DNA of 35,990 nucleotides from Nanobdellota archaeon (lineage in GTDB: Archaea > Nanobdellota > Nanobdellia > Woesearchaeales > B3-WOES). The notes under the pieces are model-generated. The model was not told the origin of the DNA. It saw only the letters and a program-made list of their open reading frames with translations, and searched no databases. Of the stretch, positions 9,870 through 18,682 are shown in pieces (the first letter of the stretch is position 1; each line of letters starts with the position of its first letter). The stretch covers positions 1 to 35,990 of the forward strand of contig JAGLZG010000078.1 of assembly GCA_023131705.1 (NCBI GenBank), written 5' to 3'. A program made the position numbers and the translations under genes.

Positions 9870-9911
9870 TGGTGATGGTGACAGCTGATTCCTGCTTGCA
9901 GGATGATGCAT

Positions 9912-9962
9912 CAGCCTGATGCTCATGCTCCCCTTGAGTGTCAGGCTGCCTTTATTTTTTTT
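9912..9962 (+). terminator. Intrinsic terminator ending the late/lysis operon
   Basis: Stem CAGCCTGATGCTCA / TGAGTGTCAGGCTG followed by a T tract. Confidence 0.75.
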
Positions 9963-10037
9963 AAGAATTCCTCAAAAAAACCTCAGATTTTTCCCAGATT
10001 GAGCTGATAAAAATATTTTGCAATCTGTTGATTTATC

Positions 10038-10066
10038 TTGACTTGGCTCAAAATATCGGGTATACT
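10038..10066 (+). promoter_or_regulatory. Sigma70-type early promoter
   Basis: TTGACT-17 nt-TATACT. Confidence 0.8.
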
Positions 10067-10173
10067 TAAAATAAAAACAAATATAACTATAAATATAATG
10101 TATATTAACTATTATAAAATAGTCATTCTCAATGAGGCAACCTCAATCATTCAACCTTAACAAAGGAGGAAGT

Positions 10174-10347
10174 GTGTCAGATGAAATCTCAAAAGCAAAG
10201 GTCAAGCTGTATAGTCTTTTGCTTCAGAAGGATGTTGATGATCTGACTCAGCCAGAGGTCTCTACAATGTATGATCTCGCAACTGATCCAGATATCCAAA
10301 AAGTGCTGGCTCATTCAATGAAGGAGAATGAAGATGCCAAAAATTAA
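10174..10347 (+). CDS. Hypothetical protein (57 aa)
   Basis: GTG start after AAAGGAGG; track ORF 10132 trimmed. Confidence 0.6.
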   Translation: MSDEISKAKVKLYSLLLQKDVDDLTQPEVSTMYDLATDPDIQKVLAHSMKENEDAKN

Positions 10348-11209
10348 ATATGATATTTTCAACTTTACAAAGAAGACTCTGGCTGTCATTGGACAAGCAA
10401 ATGAGATCATTGTTGAATATCAAGCTCAGGGATTCAGCTTGACTCTCAGACAGATATATTATCAATTTGTATCCAGAGACCTGATTCCCAATAGGCAGAA
10501 TGAATATAATAAACTTGGGAATGTGCTTAACAATGGGAGACTTGCTGGCTTGATTGACTGGAATGCCATTGAGGACAGGACAAGATTTGTGAGGAGTTTG
10601 TCTCATTGGAATAATCCTTCACAGATCATTGATGCTTGTGCTGATCAATATAGAGTTGATAGATGGGAAGATCAAAAGTACAGGCTTGAGGTCTGGATTG
10701 AGAAGGATGCTCTCACAGGGATCATTGAGGGAATTTGTGAGGAGCATGATATCCCATATTTCTCATGCAGAGGATATGTTTCTCAATCTGAAGTCTGGAG
10801 AGCTGCAATAAGACTGAATGGATATTTTGGACAGGACACAAGAATCATCCATCTTGGAGATCATGATCCATCAGGAATTGACATGACAAGAGATATTCAA
10901 GATCGGCTCAGGCTCTTCAAATGTTCTGCTGATGTTGAGAGGATTGCTCTGAATATGGATCAGGTTGAACAGTATTCTCCTCCTCCAAATCCTGCAAAGC
11001 TCACTGATTCAAGATGTGAGGGATATATTGCAGAATATGGATCAGACAGTTGGGAGCTGGATGCTCTTGAGCCTTCTGTCATTGTTGATCTGATCAGAAG
11101 TAAAATTGAGGGATATAAAGATCAGGATAAATGGGAAGAGTCTGAGGACAGGGAAGAGGAAGGCAGGGAAAAGCTGGCTGAAGTCTCAAGAACTCTCAGG
11201 GAGGAATAA
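10328..11209 (+). CDS. Topoisomerase VI subunit A / Spo11-like protein (WH + TOPRIM)
   Basis: LTLRQIYY (catalytic Tyr region), EVWIEKDAL, RGY.S, GDHDPSG (DxD), WELDAL. Confidence 0.8.
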   Translation: MKMPKIKYDIFNFTKKTLAVIGQANEIIVEYQAQGFSLTLRQIYYQFVSRDLIPNRQNEYNKLGNVLNNGRLAGLIDWNAIEDRTRFVRSLSHWNNPSQIIDACADQYRVDRWEDQKYRLEVWIEKDALTGIIEGICEEHDIPYFSCRGYVSQSEVWRAAIRLNGYFGQDTRIIHLGDHDPSGIDMTRDIQDRLRLFKCSADVERIALNMDQVEQYSPPPNPAKLTDSRCEGYIAEYGSDSWELDALEPSVIVDLIRSKIEGYKDQDKWEESEDREEEGREKLAEVSRTLREE

Positions 11210-11427
11210 TGAAAAAGAAGATCAGAAAATGCAATAAATGCAGGACAGGAATGAACAATATTGCTCCCAACTCATTCAGTCCTGCTCATTACTATTGCAG
11301 CAAATGTCAATCTCATCATTATGATGGAAGATATTGGACTAAAAAACAATGGAATAAATATGTCAATGATCTTGAGAGGAAGGTTGTCAGAATGACAGAA
11401 TTTAGTTCCTTTAATCTTAACCAATAA
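11209..11427 (+). CDS. Small zinc-ribbon protein
   Basis: CNKC...CSKC. Confidence 0.65.
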   Translation: MKKKIRKCNKCRTGMNNIAPNSFSPAHYYCSKCQSHHYDGRYWTKKQWNKYVNDLERKVVRMTEFSSFNLNQ

Positions 11428-11448
11428 ACGTCAACAAAGGAGGAAAGA

Positions 11449-12054
11449 GTGGCAAGAGCAACATTTGTCAAGAGTGCCAGAAAAGACTATCCAGATCAGA
11501 AGATCAAGAAGGGAGAGTCATATTACTGGTGGAAATTTAGATTCGGGGGTAAGATCAGATCAAAAAAAGCTCCCAGACCTTCACAACTCACTCAGTCTGC
11601 ATTCAGGAGCACTCTCTGCTCTCTGGAAGAGCAGATTGAGGATGGACTGTTCAGGGTTGATAATACAGATGATCTCCAGAGCAATGTTGAAAGCTTTAAG
11701 GAGGAAATTCAGCAGCTTGCAGATGAGACTCAGGAGAGTCTTGACAATATGCCTGATCAACTGCAAGAGGGAGACACTGGACAGATGCTTCAGGAAAGGA
11801 TTGAAGGACTTGAGAGCTGGATCAGTGAGCTGGATGGAATTGATCTAAATGTTGATGAAGAGGAATTCAAAGAGGAGCTCATTGAAGAGCTCAGGGAAGA
11901 GCACAAGGATGAGAATGAGCTCACTGATGAAGAGGCTGAGAAATATGATCCTCCAGAGGATGATAAATTCAACGAAAAAATGACAGAGAAAGTCAGTGAG
12001 AAGATTGAAGAGATTGCAGATGAGCTGTCTGACACTTATCCAGATATAGAATAG
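11449..12054 (+). CDS. Hypothetical protein with basic N-terminus and very acidic helical C-terminus
   Basis: GTG start with strong RBS; GESYYWWKFRFG; D/E-rich last ~130 aa. Confidence 0.75.
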   Translation: MARATFVKSARKDYPDQKIKKGESYYWWKFRFGGKIRSKKAPRPSQLTQSAFRSTLCSLEEQIEDGLFRVDNTDDLQSNVESFKEEIQQLADETQESLDNMPDQLQEGDTGQMLQERIEGLESWISELDGIDLNVDEEEFKEELIEELREEHKDENELTDEEAEKYDPPEDDKFNEKMTEKVSEKIEEIADELSDTYPDIE

Positions 12055-12063
12055 GGGAAGCAT

Positions 12064-12411
12064 ATGCCAAATAACAAATTTAAAACAGGAGATATGGTCT
12101 TTGTCAAGGAGTACAAGCTTGATGGGAGTCCTCTTGAGATGGAATGGCATGGGAGGATTGTTGCTCAGATAAAAAAAGGAGACTATGCTGATGGAGAGAA
12201 TGTCTGTGTCAAGGATACAAACAGAATTGGCTCATATTTTGGAAGTACTTTTCCCAGACATACAGACAATCTCTCTCACATGGAATGCAGATTCTGTCAC
12301 TATGTTGACCATGACAGGAAGAGCAGCCTCTTTGCTTGTGGTGGTTGTATTATTGAAAAGGATGGGAAGAGAATCCCATCATTCAGGAAATTCAAAAAGC
12401 TGAAAAAATAA
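12064..12411 (+). CDS. Hypothetical protein (SH3-like start, Cys-rich end)
   Basis: KFKTGDMVFV; CRFC..CGGC. Confidence 0.65.
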   Translation: MPNNKFKTGDMVFVKEYKLDGSPLEMEWHGRIVAQIKKGDYADGENVCVKDTNRIGSYFGSTFPRHTDNLSHMECRFCHYVDHDRKSSLFACGGCIIEKDGKRIPSFRKFKKLKK

Positions 12412-12476
12412 GAAGGTTATTTATGTTTCAATTTTTATTAATCATTTTACTTTCAATCTTAACAAAGGAGAGATAT

Positions 12477-13232
12477 ATGTCTCACAAATTCAGTGATCCA
12501 TACACAGATGTCACTGTTGAGCCAATGAAGGTTGGAGATCAGGAGGTTGCAAAGGTTGCTGTCATGGTCAAGGATGATGATGGAGAGAGAGTCATTGCAG
12601 CAGCACTGTCCAAAGATTACAACCTGATAAAGAATCAGATTGCAGCTGATGTCTCATGGGATATCATGTCCAGATCAGAATTCAAATGGAAGCAGCTCAA
12701 AATCTTTTTTGATGGGAAAAAATATGCTGCTTATTATATCACTGAAGATTCGATCATCAATATTGGGAATGGAGATGAGCATCCTCTCCATCTGGGATTC
12801 ATGACAAGGAATGCATATGATGGATCAGGAGCATTTGCTCTGGAGATGTTTGCTTGTAATATGAGTTGCACAAATCAATACATCTCAAGAAATAGATTTG
12901 GATTCTTCCAGATATATCACACTGACTCCCAGCAGTATCTGATTGATGATGCAGTCCAGAATGTGAGTGTTGGAGCAAATAAGCTGATGGAGATTGCTCC
13001 CATGATCAAGGCTCTCAGAAAAGAGCCATTGACAATTGAGCACATCACAGCTGCAAAAGACAAGACAGACATTCCTCATACAAAGTGGGGAGATGTCATT
13101 GACAGGCTGGCGGTCGAGAATGCAACTCTCTTTGGACTTTTTCAGGCTCTGACATATGTGACCTCTCACAAGATGTCTGGATTCAATTCCATATCAGTTG
13201 CAAATTCTGTGACAGATCACATCCTGCAATAA
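12477..13232 (+). CDS. DUF932-like protein
   Basis: SKDYNLIKN, RNAYDGSGAF, CNMSCTN motifs; ATG 12477 follows AAAGGAG. Confidence 0.75.
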   Translation: MSHKFSDPYTDVTVEPMKVGDQEVAKVAVMVKDDDGERVIAAALSKDYNLIKNQIAADVSWDIMSRSEFKWKQLKIFFDGKKYAAYYITEDSIINIGNGDEHPLHLGFMTRNAYDGSGAFALEMFACNMSCTNQYISRNRFGFFQIYHTDSQQYLIDDAVQNVSVGANKLMEIAPMIKALRKEPLTIEHITAAKDKTDIPHTKWGDVIDRLAVENATLFGLFQALTYVTSHKMSGFNSISVANSVTDHILQ

Positions 13233-13256
13233 GAATCCAGCAAGCCCGATTGAGCC

Positions 13257-13291
13257 AGAGGCAGTCTTTTTTGAGGCTGCCTCTTTTTTTT
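13257..13291 (+). terminator. Intrinsic terminator
   Basis: AGAGGCAGTC / GGCTGCCTCT stem plus T run. Confidence 0.8.
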
Positions 13292-13292
13292 C

Positions 13293-13333
13293 TTGCATTC
13301 TCCTCAACCATCATTATATTAATAGTTATATTT
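13293..13333 (+). promoter_or_regulatory. Promoter with downstream operator-like site
   Basis: TTGCAT-16 nt-TATATT followed by AATAGTTATA. Confidence 0.55.
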
Positions 13334-13368
13334 ATATTTATTAATCTTATCAAAGGAGGTTGGCACAT

Positions 13369-13785
13369 ATGGAAGACAAGGAGATTCAAAGGAGGCTGGA
13401 CAATCTGTTGTCTGGGAGAAAACTTGGAAGTGCTGAGAAGGCTCTGAAGGACATGAGCCATGAGCAGCTGTATGAATTTTTATACAAAGACTTTCACACT
13501 GTCCAGCACACTCTTGCTTTTAGAATATTAATTGACAGGCTGGTTGAGTCAGAGAAAAAATTTCTCAGGATTGAGGATGCTCACAAATTTATCCAGTGCA
13601 TTAATGACTGTCAATTTTTATTCAATGGAATTGGAGTCCAGCAAATGGCAAGGAAGCTGATCTCTGATATCAAGGAGATTCTCAAGGGGAGATATATCTG
13701 TCCAGAGTGCTCTGCTGAATGGGATGTTGAGCACAACAGATGTTCTGCGAATTGCCAGACAGAGAAAACTGAAAATATTACGTAG
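13369..13785 (+). CDS. Hypothetical protein with C-terminal Cys cluster
   Basis: ATG after AAAGGAGG; CPEC..CSANC. Confidence 0.65.
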   Translation: MEDKEIQRRLDNLLSGRKLGSAEKALKDMSHEQLYEFLYKDFHTVQHTLAFRILIDRLVESEKKFLRIEDAHKFIQCINDCQFLFNGIGVQQMARKLISDIKEILKGRYICPECSAEWDVEHNRCSANCQTEKTENIT

Positions 13786-13907
13786 CGTTAATATTTTTGT
13801 AATAATCTGTATTTTTAATCATTCATAGAGACTATAATCAATAGGATCACACAGCTCAATCTGAGGAAGTGATCTGTCAACACTTAACCATTTACAAAGG
13901 AGATTGT

Positions 13908-14606
13908 ATGACAAAGACCATTGATATTGAGACAGCTCCAGATATGAAGATGGTCAAATGGCTTCCTGATCCTGATGTCAAATATGGCAACACAAAGGAT
14001 GAGGAAAAGAGGAAGGTCATGAGGGATGATGCAGTCATGAGGCAGATTCAAGGCATGGATCTCAGTCCATTATCAGGGACTGTTGTGTGTGCTGTCATTG
14101 TTCAGGATGGGACTGTGATCAGTGAGTGTCTTGTTGAGAAAAAGGGACTCACTGAATGGGAGCTCCTTGATCTGGTATTTGACAACATGAGACTCTCAGG
14201 CACTGCCAATCCAACTCTTTGCACATGGAATGGGACATCCTTTGATCTCCCCTTCCTGTATAAAAGAGCAATGATCCATGATAAGCTGTTGAACTCTCCA
14301 AAAAGCAAGAGGTTGCTGGTGAACATGCCTCCTCTCTCATATTGGAGCAAGAGATATCAGACAGTCCCTCATTGTGATCTCCCTCTGGTCTGGGGAGGCT
14401 GGGACAGTCAGGCAAAATACACATCATTGCAGAGTGTTGTCCTGCCCCTCCTCCAGAAGTCGAAAATTGAGATTGACTTTGACATGGAGGAACATCACAA
14501 GCTCCTGAAGAGTGATGCAGGAAGACAGAAAATTCTGAAGAGATGTGTTCAAGATACTCTCTTGACAGATGAAGTATATCATCTGGTCAAAGGTGTCTTG
14601 TTCTAA
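13908..14606 (+). CDS. DnaQ/PolB-like 3'-5' exonuclease
   Basis: ExoI IDIET, ExoII TWNGTSFDLPFL, HCDL, ExoIII-like CVQD. Confidence 0.85.
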   Translation: MTKTIDIETAPDMKMVKWLPDPDVKYGNTKDEEKRKVMRDDAVMRQIQGMDLSPLSGTVVCAVIVQDGTVISECLVEKKGLTEWELLDLVFDNMRLSGTANPTLCTWNGTSFDLPFLYKRAMIHDKLLNSPKSKRLLVNMPPLSYWSKRYQTVPHCDLPLVWGGWDSQAKYTSLQSVVLPLLQKSKIEIDFDMEEHHKLLKSDAGRQKILKRCVQDTLLTDEVYHLVKGVLF

Positions 14607-14616
14607 AGGAGGTTTT

Positions 14617-14778
14617 ATGTACGTATATAAAGAAACAGACAAAGGACTCTGGACTGTTGGATTCTATGATCCAGATGGAAAGTGGCATCCAGAGAGTGAC
14701 TTTGACAAGAGGGAAGAGGCGGCAGATAGAGTCTCCTTTCTCAATGGAGGGGGAAAGAGATTCGGGGGGAGTGACTGA
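14617..14778 (+). CDS. Small phage hypothetical protein
   Basis: MYVY...LWTVGFYDPDGKWHPESD...AADRVSFLNGG; strong RBS. Confidence 0.75.
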   Translation: MYVYKETDKGLWTVGFYDPDGKWHPESDFDKREEAADRVSFLNGGGKRFGGSD

Positions 14779-15026
14779 TGAAAAGAGAGATATTGTGCTC
14801 AATCTGTGAAGCTGGCAGGAGGAAGAGATATCCCAATGGACTTCCATATGCTGGGGAGCATCTCAAGCTGGTCAATGGGAAAGCTCTCTGGGGTCTCATC
14901 TGTGATTATTGTGGCAAGATCATCCAGAAGGAAGAGGATTGTTGCGCATCCTCCATCTGGGCTGATAGCATGAAGCTGCAATATTATAAATGGGAACATG
15001 AATATTTGCAATTGCTTCCCAAATGA
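14778..15026 (+). CDS. Cys-rich hypothetical protein
   Basis: CSIC, CDYC; TGATG coupling to the previous gene. Confidence 0.65.
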   Translation: MKREILCSICEAGRRKRYPNGLPYAGEHLKLVNGKALWGLICDYCGKIIQKEEDCCASSIWADSMKLQYYKWEHEYLQLLPK

Positions 15027-15075
15027 TTATATTTATATTTATAATTATTCACTTTAAAAAAAGGAGGTTGTATTT

Positions 15076-16125
15076 ATGGCAGAGGAGAAAAAGCAAGGAG
15101 ACTCAACTGAGATAGTGAAGCTCACAAAGAGAGACCTTGCAACTGTCAATCCTGAGAATGTTGTCAAGCAGATCATGGTCATTCAGAAGGTCATGAAGGA
15201 CAGCATGAAGGATGGAGTCCATTATGGAAAAATTGAGGGTTGTGGAGACAAGCCAACTCTCCTGCAAGCTGGAGCTCAGAAGCTCTCTTTTGTCTTCAGG
15301 CTTGCTCCATATTATGAACCAAAGAGATTTGAGCTGGAGGGAGGTCACAGGGAATATGAAGTGATCACAACTCTCAAGCACATCCAGACAGGAGAGGTCT
15401 GGGGACAGGGAGTTGGATCATGCTCTTCAATGGAGTCAAAGTATAGATTCAGGCAGGGACAGAGAGCCTGTCCTGATTGTGGAGTCATTGGAAGTGTGAT
15501 CAGAGGCAAGCCTGAATTCAACAATGGGATTCCCAACTGGCTCTGCTGGAAAAAGAAGGAAGGTTGTGGAGCTACATTTGAGATTGATGATAAAAGGATC
15601 ATTGATCAGGATGTTGAAAAGGTTGAGAATGAGAATCCTGCTGATCAATTCAACACTATCCTGAAAATGGCAAAGAAGAGATCATATGTTGACGCAACTA
15701 TCAATGCAACATCCTGCTCTGAGCTCTTCACTCAGGACTTGGAGGATGGAAATGTCAATGGAGGAGCTCCTGAGACTCCTGCTGGAATCAATACAAAGTC
15801 AAAGGTCAAAGTCAAAAAGGGAGAGACCTTTGATCCTGTCAAGGAAATTCAGGCTCTATTGAAAAAGGACAGGATTTCAGAGGCTGCATTCAAAGCATGG
15901 GTATTGAAAAGAGGATATAAGGAATCGAAATTTACAACAATGATTGCAGCTCACTTTGATGATATAGTCTCAGAGATCAAGCTCAATCCAGACAAGATCA
16001 GAGTATATGCCAGCATTGAAGATGCAGACTTCACAGATGCAAAGACAACACTTGATGATGATGAGGGACTTCCATTTGAGGCTGATGATGAAAATATGTC
16101 AGCCAGAGTCCCAGATCAGAGCTGA
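15076..16125 (+). CDS. Putative single-strand annealing/recombination protein with zinc-ribbon insert
   Basis: KPTLLQAGAQKL, G.GSCSS.ESKY, NTILKMAKKRSYVDA..LFTQDLED; acidic DDDEGLPF tail; near an exonuclease. Function inferred. Confidence 0.55.
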   Translation: MAEEKKQGDSTEIVKLTKRDLATVNPENVVKQIMVIQKVMKDSMKDGVHYGKIEGCGDKPTLLQAGAQKLSFVFRLAPYYEPKRFELEGGHREYEVITTLKHIQTGEVWGQGVGSCSSMESKYRFRQGQRACPDCGVIGSVIRGKPEFNNGIPNWLCWKKKEGCGATFEIDDKRIIDQDVEKVENENPADQFNTILKMAKKRSYVDATINATSCSELFTQDLEDGNVNGGAPETPAGINTKSKVKVKKGETFDPVKEIQALLKKDRISEAAFKAWVLKRGYKESKFTTMIAAHFDDIVSEIKLNPDKIRVYASIEDADFTDAKTTLDDDEGLPFEADDENMSARVPDQS

Positions 16126-16322
16126 GAGACAGGAGGCAGGCTTCCAGTTGGAGCTGAGGCTGTTGATTATACAATCAATATTGATTTCTGGACTGACATA
16201 TCTCCAGAGGCTGCATATGATTACATTGTCAGGAAGGAACTCCCTGACAGGATTCCTCCTGACAAATGGAAGAGACTCTGTGACAAAGTTGGGATTTTAG
16301 AAGGTTCAGGAGGGAGGAGATA

Positions 16323-16529
16323 ATGGCATATAAAAAAGGAGACAAGAATTATATCATCTTTGATGCCAGATTCACAGTTGATCCAGAGAGGGCTGCTGTC
16401 TTGATGGTATGTGATGATCTGGAAGATGCAAAGGAATACAGAGCTGATGTTCTTGCTGCTGATAGTGTGATTGTTGAGAATGAATTTATTAATAGCAAGC
16501 AGTGTGAAGCAACTGGATTGACATGGTAA
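16323..16529 (+). CDS. Hypothetical protein
   Basis: RBS GGAGG; native codon usage. Confidence 0.65.
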   Translation: MAYKKGDKNYIIFDARFTVDPERAAVLMVCDDLEDAKEYRADVLAADSVIVENEFINSKQCEATGLTW

Positions 16530-16541
16530 AAAGGAGGCAAT

Positions 16542-16799
16542 ATGTCTGAGCTCACAACTTGCAACTTCTGCAATCTCAGAGGGATCAGGGCAAGATACAA
16601 AGGAACAGGGACAAGGCTGTATATGAGACCTTCAAATTTTATGGGAGGGACTGATATCTTTGCTGTCCCTGCTGGAGAGAAGCTCCCTCCCAGAGAGAAG
16701 ATGGTTTCTCCCTGTGATAAATATCCCAATGGGAATGAAGCATATGACAAATATCATATCTCATGGATGATGGAGATTCCTTCTCAGTGTGCGTGCTGA
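16542..16799 (+). CDS. Hypothetical Cys-containing protein
   Basis: RBS AAGGAGG; CNFC...CAC. Confidence 0.7.
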   Translation: MSELTTCNFCNLRGIRARYKGTGTRLYMRPSNFMGGTDIFAVPAGEKLPPREKMVSPCDKYPNGNEAYDKYHISWMMEIPSQCAC

Positions 16800-16854
16800 G
16801 AAGGTTGTGAGGAAAATATGATGAGGAAAGGAGGTTGACAAAATAATATGACAG

Positions 16855-16888
16855 GAAGGGCTCTTCACCCCAGAGTCCTTCTTTTTTT
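16855..16888 (+). terminator. Intrinsic terminator
   Basis: GAAGGGCTCT / AGAGTCCTTC stem plus T7. Confidence 0.75.
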
Positions 16889-16889
16889 C

Positions 16890-16936
16890 TTGACTGTTAT
16901 ATTTTTTAAATTATATTTGTAATTATAGTTATAATT
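16890..16936 (+). promoter_or_regulatory. Promoter plus palindromic operator
   Basis: TTGACT-16 nt-TATATT then AATTATA-GT-TATAATT (16921-16936). Confidence 0.65.
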
Positions 16937-16963
16937 TTCAACACTTAAAAAGGAGGTCAATTG

Positions 16964-17137
16964 ATGTCAAGTGTCAAGTCACTGAAAAAGAGGATTGACA
17001 AAGCTGGAAGGAAGGAAATTGCAAAGAGAACAGGCATTACATATCATGTCCTGTCTCACAAGTTGAATGGTTTTTCAGAATTCAAAGAGGAGGAAATTGC
17101 CAAAATAGAGAAGGCTCTCTCAAAGACTGGAGAATAG
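16964..17137 (+). CDS. Cro-like HTH transcriptional regulator (57 aa)
   Basis: Translated by hand: ...RKEIAKRTGITYHVLSHKLNGFSEFKEEEIAKIEKAL...; RBS AAGGAGG; below the track length cut-off. Confidence 0.8.
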   Translation: MSSVKSLKKRIDKAGRKEIAKRTGITYHVLSHKLNGFSEFKEEEIAKIEKALSKTGE

Positions 17138-17968
17138 ATGTATTGGTTCAAACATATTGCAAGATCAACATCCGATCCAGATATCCTTGAGTCAATTTTC
17201 ACATTTGGGAGCGATGGGTATTTTGTTTTTTTTAACACACTTGAAGTGCTCTCCAGAGAGAATTGTGTTGAAAAACCTTTGAGCATAAACTTCGATGCAT
17301 ATCATTCTTATTTTCCAAGAGTTACAAAGCGAAAGCTCAAGGAGATTCTTACCTTCTTTGAAGGCAAAAAAAGATTTTTTTTAAAAAAGAATTCAAAAAA
17401 AATTCCGTTTTTTGATAAAAGCTTTTCAATTTCTTGTAATAAACTATCAGCATTATCAGATACTTACACGAAAAATGTTAGAAGAAAGTTGTCACAGTCT
17501 GACAATAATGTTTCCAATAAGAAACAGAATAAGAAAAGAACTAAAAAAAACAAACAAAAAAAGATTGCTCCTGATAAAAAGGGAGAACAGAAAAAAGGGA
17601 AGTCTCCTCCTGAGATGATGCCATTTATGATCAATGGACAGGGAATTGAAAAGAGATTCCATCACAATCTAATCAAGGATCATGGGAATTGGAATGCTGA
17701 AAGATATTATTATAGAGCAAGGAATGCAAGAAATGTGAAGGCATATATCACAGGAGGTCTCAAGGATGATCCTGCTGGCAAGCTTGGATATATAAAGCAA
17801 GCCAAAGCTGAGGAGAGTGATCATCCTGAGAGAGTCCAGACATGGATCAAAGAGACTATTCATGGAATCAAGGTCATAAAATTGCCAGACGGAAAAGAAT
17901 CAGAGACAAGACCGATTCAATCAATTGGACAGATAATTGATGATCTGTCTGAAAACAAGCTCAACTAA
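17138..17968 (+). CDS. Putative replication initiator / replisome organiser
   Basis: N-terminal WFKH....DP.I....FG.DGY..FF..LE; A-rich Lys-coding linker; follows the Cro-like gene. Confidence 0.6.
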   Translation: MYWFKHIARSTSDPDILESIFTFGSDGYFVFFNTLEVLSRENCVEKPLSINFDAYHSYFPRVTKRKLKEILTFFEGKKRFFLKKNSKKIPFFDKSFSISCNKLSALSDTYTKNVRRKLSQSDNNVSNKKQNKKRTKKNKQKKIAPDKKGEQKKGKSPPEMMPFMINGQGIEKRFHHNLIKDHGNWNAERYYYRARNARNVKAYITGGLKDDPAGKLGYIKQAKAEESDHPERVQTWIKETIHGIKVIKLPDGKESETRPIQSIGQIIDDLSENKLN

Positions 17969-18098
17969 TTAACCAGAATCAAATGAGAGCTCACTGGAGA
18001 CATTCTGAGAGAGGATCATGGGATATCGTGATGGATACCAGCAGCGGATCAGCTCAAAGAGCTTCTGAGAGCCTCCAGATGATTCTGAGGAGATAAAA

Positions 18099-18350
18099 AT
18101 GGGTATTTATGAATATAGAGCAGCATTCAAATTGCAGAACAATCCATTCTATGCTCTGATTATGGCTGCAATGATGAAGGCTGATTCAAAAAACAGCCTC
18201 AAGCTCAGGACATTATTCCCTGAGATATGGGAAGAGCTCAAGAGGAGGAATCAAGCTCTTGGAGGAATGATTGGAGCCGAGGCAGCAGGAAGATTCAGAC
18301 AGGAGAGGGGAGGCTCATGCAGAATTTTGATAAATACACAGAAGAGATGA
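18099..18350 (+). CDS. Phage hypothetical protein
   Basis: PFYALIMAAMMKADSKN..KL...FPEIWEEL; RBS GAGGAG. Confidence 0.7.
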   Translation: MGIYEYRAAFKLQNNPFYALIMAAMMKADSKNSLKLRTLFPEIWEELKRRNQALGGMIGAEAAGRFRQERGGSCRILINTQKR

Positions 18351-18682
18351 GGCAATTTGAAAAGTCCAGTCTCTTCTCGAAACATTATACAAGACTGATC
18401 AAGGGAATTAAGACAAGGACTCAGGATGAGCCAGTGACATCCAGAGAGATTGAGAAGAGGCTCAATCTGAGTGGCTCACAGATCAGGAGATTGATCCAGC
18501 ATGGCAGGAGGAATGGAGTCCAGATTGCCAGCGGTGATCAAGGATATTATATTGCAGAGAATTATGAGCAGCTGCTGGGGACAATCCAGCACCTGAAAGA
18601 GAGGAGAAATTCCCTCCATTATACTATTGTCAAGATGAGAGAGGGAAGTGGTCAAATTAAACAAATGGAGATGTTTGTATGA
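18317..18682 (+). CDS. Winged-HTH DNA-binding protein
   Basis: PVTSREIEKRLNLSGSQIRRLIQHGRRNG.QIAS...GYYIA; ATG after GGGAGG. Confidence 0.75.
   Translation: MQNFDKYTEEMRQFEKSSLFSKHYTRLIKGIKTRTQDEPVTSREIEKRLNLSGSQIRRLIQHGRRNGVQIASGDQGYYIAENYEQLLGTIQHLKERRNSLHYTIVKMREGSGQIKQMEMFV

Noticed and set aside
13772-13797. Hairpin AAAATATTACG-tag-CGTTAATATTTT, sharing ATTACG with the 268-284 palindrome
   Set aside because: Mostly AT pairs, spacing differs from the other site, no attC-like layout; not enough to call
16123-16125. Genome-wide TGA reassignment
   Set aside because: Many genes end at TGA overlapping the next start (e.g. 1167, 14778, 18682, 25004); only one suspicious case
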